Assembly: GCA_964244895.1 (NCBI GenBank)
Contig: CAXTKV010000081.1
Span: 1 to 20,896 of the forward strand
DNA from: an uncultured Deinococcales bacterium
GTDB lineage: Bacteria; Deinococcota; Deinococci; Deinococcales; JAAFIG01
Direction: 5' to 3'
Length of the DNA stretch: 20,896 nucleotides
Made by a program: the position numbers and the translations under genes. Below are positions 19,235 through 20,896 of the stretch, one piece after another; position 1 is the first letter of the stretch; every line of letters begins with the position of its first letter. A model generated the notes under the pieces. That model was not told the DNA's origin. It saw only the letters and a list, made by a program, of their open reading frames with translations, and did not search any database.

Positions 19235-19292
19235 GGACACCGTCCAGCACAGTGTCCACCGAGCCTTATGAAATCTGTCTAGGACGGTCTTT
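19235..19292. repeat. Palindromic element doublet (35-bp spacing) overlapping the WecG/TagA stop codon
   Basis: GGACACCGTCC-A-GCACAGTGTCC ... TGTCT-A-GGACGGTCTTT; centres 19246 and 19281. Confidence 0.78.
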
Positions 19293-20076
19293 TGCTCGTC
19301 TCGAGCGGTGTGCCGAACTGCCTCAAGCCCAGCAGTTGCAGCGCGACCAGACCGATGAAACGCGGGTTGGTGGTCAGGTAGCGTTTCCACAACCGTTTCG
19401 GGTCGGACATGGCGCGGTGAACCCACTCGAGCCCGGCGCGTTGCATCCAGGCGGGTGCGCGCTGCACCTTCCCGGCGTGCATGTCGAAGGCCGCGCCGAC
19501 GCAGAGCATCACGGCGGGTACGCGACCCTTGTGCGCGTGCGCCCAGCGTTCCTGCTTGGGGCAACCCAGTCCCACGAACACCAGCTTCGCGCCGGACTGC
19601 GCGATGTCTTCGGTGATCTGTTCGTCCTCGGCATCGTCCAGTGTGCGAAACGGCGGCGAGTACGCGTACGCGACGTTCAAGCCCGCAAAACGCTCCTTCA
19701 TCTTGGCGCAAAAAGCTTCCAGAGTCTCCGGCGTGCTGCCGTAAAACCCGACCGGAATGCCCATTTTGGCCGCGCGGCTCAGGATTTCCAGCGTGGAATC
19801 CGGCCCGGTGACGCGCTTCGCGCCCTTGACACCCATCAATTTCAGCACCCACACCAGCGGCGCGCCGTCGGTGTTGACCAGATCGAATTCGGACAGGACG
19901 TTCCGGAATTCTTCTGAATCGAAAGACTCCATGATCATGTGGACGTTGCAGTAGGCCACCGCCCGCGATTCCCCGGCCCTGGCGCGGTCGATGATCCACT
20001 CGATCGAAGTTTCCGGCGTGACGGCGTTGACCTTGCCGCCCAGAATGTTGGCTTGTGTGAAAGCTGTTTGCGTCAT
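19279..20076 (-). CDS. WecG/TagA/CpsF-family (GT26) glycosyltransferase
   Basis: NVH, DGAPLVW, RVTGPD, SPPF, FVGLGCPKQERW, VGAAFD, RAPAWMQRAGLEW, RLWKRY. ATG 20076 follows a GGAG RBS. Confidence 0.93.
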   Translation of the reverse strand: MTQTAFTQANILGGKVNAVTPETSIEWIIDRARAGESRAVAYCNVHMIMESFDSEEFRNVLSEFDLVNTDGAPLVWVLKLMGVKGAKRVTGPDSTLEILSRAAKMGIPVGFYGSTPETLEAFCAKMKERFAGLNVAYAYSPPFRTLDDAEDEQITEDIAQSGAKLVFVGLGCPKQERWAHAHKGRVPAVMLCVGAAFDMHAGKVQRAPAWMQRAGLEWVHRAMSDPKRLWKRYLTTNPRFIGLVALQLLGLRQFGTPLETSKRPS

Positions 20077-20241
20077 CGTTCTCCGTGTGCTTGAACGCTC
20101 GAGCACAGCCAAAAGGTTAGCCGAACTGGATGAAGACCGATTAAAGGTTTTCCGGGATGGCAGCCGCACAGTCCGGTCGCGTCGTGCGCGTGGGCGAGAT
20201 TGGACGGCTCGCGTGGGTGCTCGAGCCGCCGAATCGCGCGC

Positions 20242-20294
20242 GAAGACCGTCCAGCGCACGTATCCGAGAATGCGTGCTGGACGGTCTTCCCGAG
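20242..20294. repeat. Palindromic element doublet (25-bp spacing)
   Basis: GAAGACCGTCCAGC ... GCTGGACGGTCTTC, perfect 14-bp outer arms that both carry the AAG/CTT variant; centres 20253 and 20278. Confidence 0.88.
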
Positions 20295-20297
20295 AAA

Positions 20298-20894
20298 TCA
20301 GACCCGGTTGAGAGCTTCGATCCGCTCCGAGAAGAGCGTCAAATACGCCTCGCTCATGCCCCGAGCGGTGAACTCGCGGGCCTGTAACGCCTGCCCAGCC
20401 CGCCCGAGCCGTTCGCGCAGCCCGGAATCCGAGACCAGTTGATCGAGCGCGTCTGACAGGGCGCTTGCGTCGCCCACGGGCACCAGGAACCCGGTCTGGC
20501 CGTCCTTGACCTGATCCTCGAGCGATCCGGTGCGCGTGGCGATCACGGGCAACCCGGCGCGCATGTACTCCAGGATGGCCACGCTGAAGGTCTCGTTGAT
20601 CGACGACAGAATGCCGATCTGGACGCGATCCAGGATCGCACCGACATCGCTTCGGGCGCCCAGAAAGTGAACGTTGCTCGAAATGCCCAGATCGCGCGTG
20701 TACGCCTCGAGTTCCGCGCGCAATTCGCCCTGTCCCGCCACCAGCAAATGAAATTCCGGACGGTTTTTCACGACGTTGCGGGTCGCTTCCAGGAGCATCT
20801 GGTGGTTTTTTTCCGGGTGCAACCTGGCCGCGATGAACCCGGTCACGGCGCTTGCGGGCAGTTCCGGGAGCGGCTTCTCGAGTTCCAGCGCGGG
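20298..20894 (-). CDS. GT4-family glycosyltransferase, 5'-truncated by the window edge
   Basis: ARLHPEKNH, FLGARSDV, ETFSVAILEYMRAGLPVIAT, GFLVP. Frame is open to the window end. Confidence 0.88.
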   Translation of the reverse strand, partial: PALELEKPLPELPASAVTGFIAARLHPEKNHQMLLEATRNVVKNRPEFHLLVAGQGELRAELEAYTRDLGISSNVHFLGARSDVGAILDRVQIGILSSINETFSVAILEYMRAGLPVIATRTGSLEDQVKDGQTGFLVPVGDASALSDALDQLVSDSGLRERLGRAGQALQAREFTARGMSEAYLTLFSERIEALNRV

Positions 20895-20896
20895 TT

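Overview
GC-rich (~63-65% by eye) bacterial chromosomal window, probably Deinococcota (weak inference from gene content and CTCGAG enrichment). Left to right: 3' end of a GH114-like glycoside hydrolase; a small secreted protein; an NreB/NrsD-like MFS transporter convergent with an mntR-mntH operon that has a clear MntR box in its promoter; a DUF1800-DUF1501 pair; a lipoprotein and a trypsin-like serine protease sharing an unrecognised ~110-aa two-Cys domain (1 and 3 copies); then a minus-strand polysaccharide cluster (GT4, WecG/TagA, gmd, fcl, GT4, heparinase II/III-like) interrupted by a low-GC methyltransferase and an APH-family kinase. The strongest unexplained signal is non-coding. Most intergenic gaps carry a palindrome, consensus (CTCGAG)AACACCGTCC-N-GGACGGTGTT(CTCGAG), usually as doublets with centre-to-centre spacing of 25-26 or 35-36 bp (one helical turn apart). 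CTCGAG itself is about 10-fold over-represented, and CTGACNN heptamer arrays flank some elements. All family calls come from motif recognition; no database search was run.
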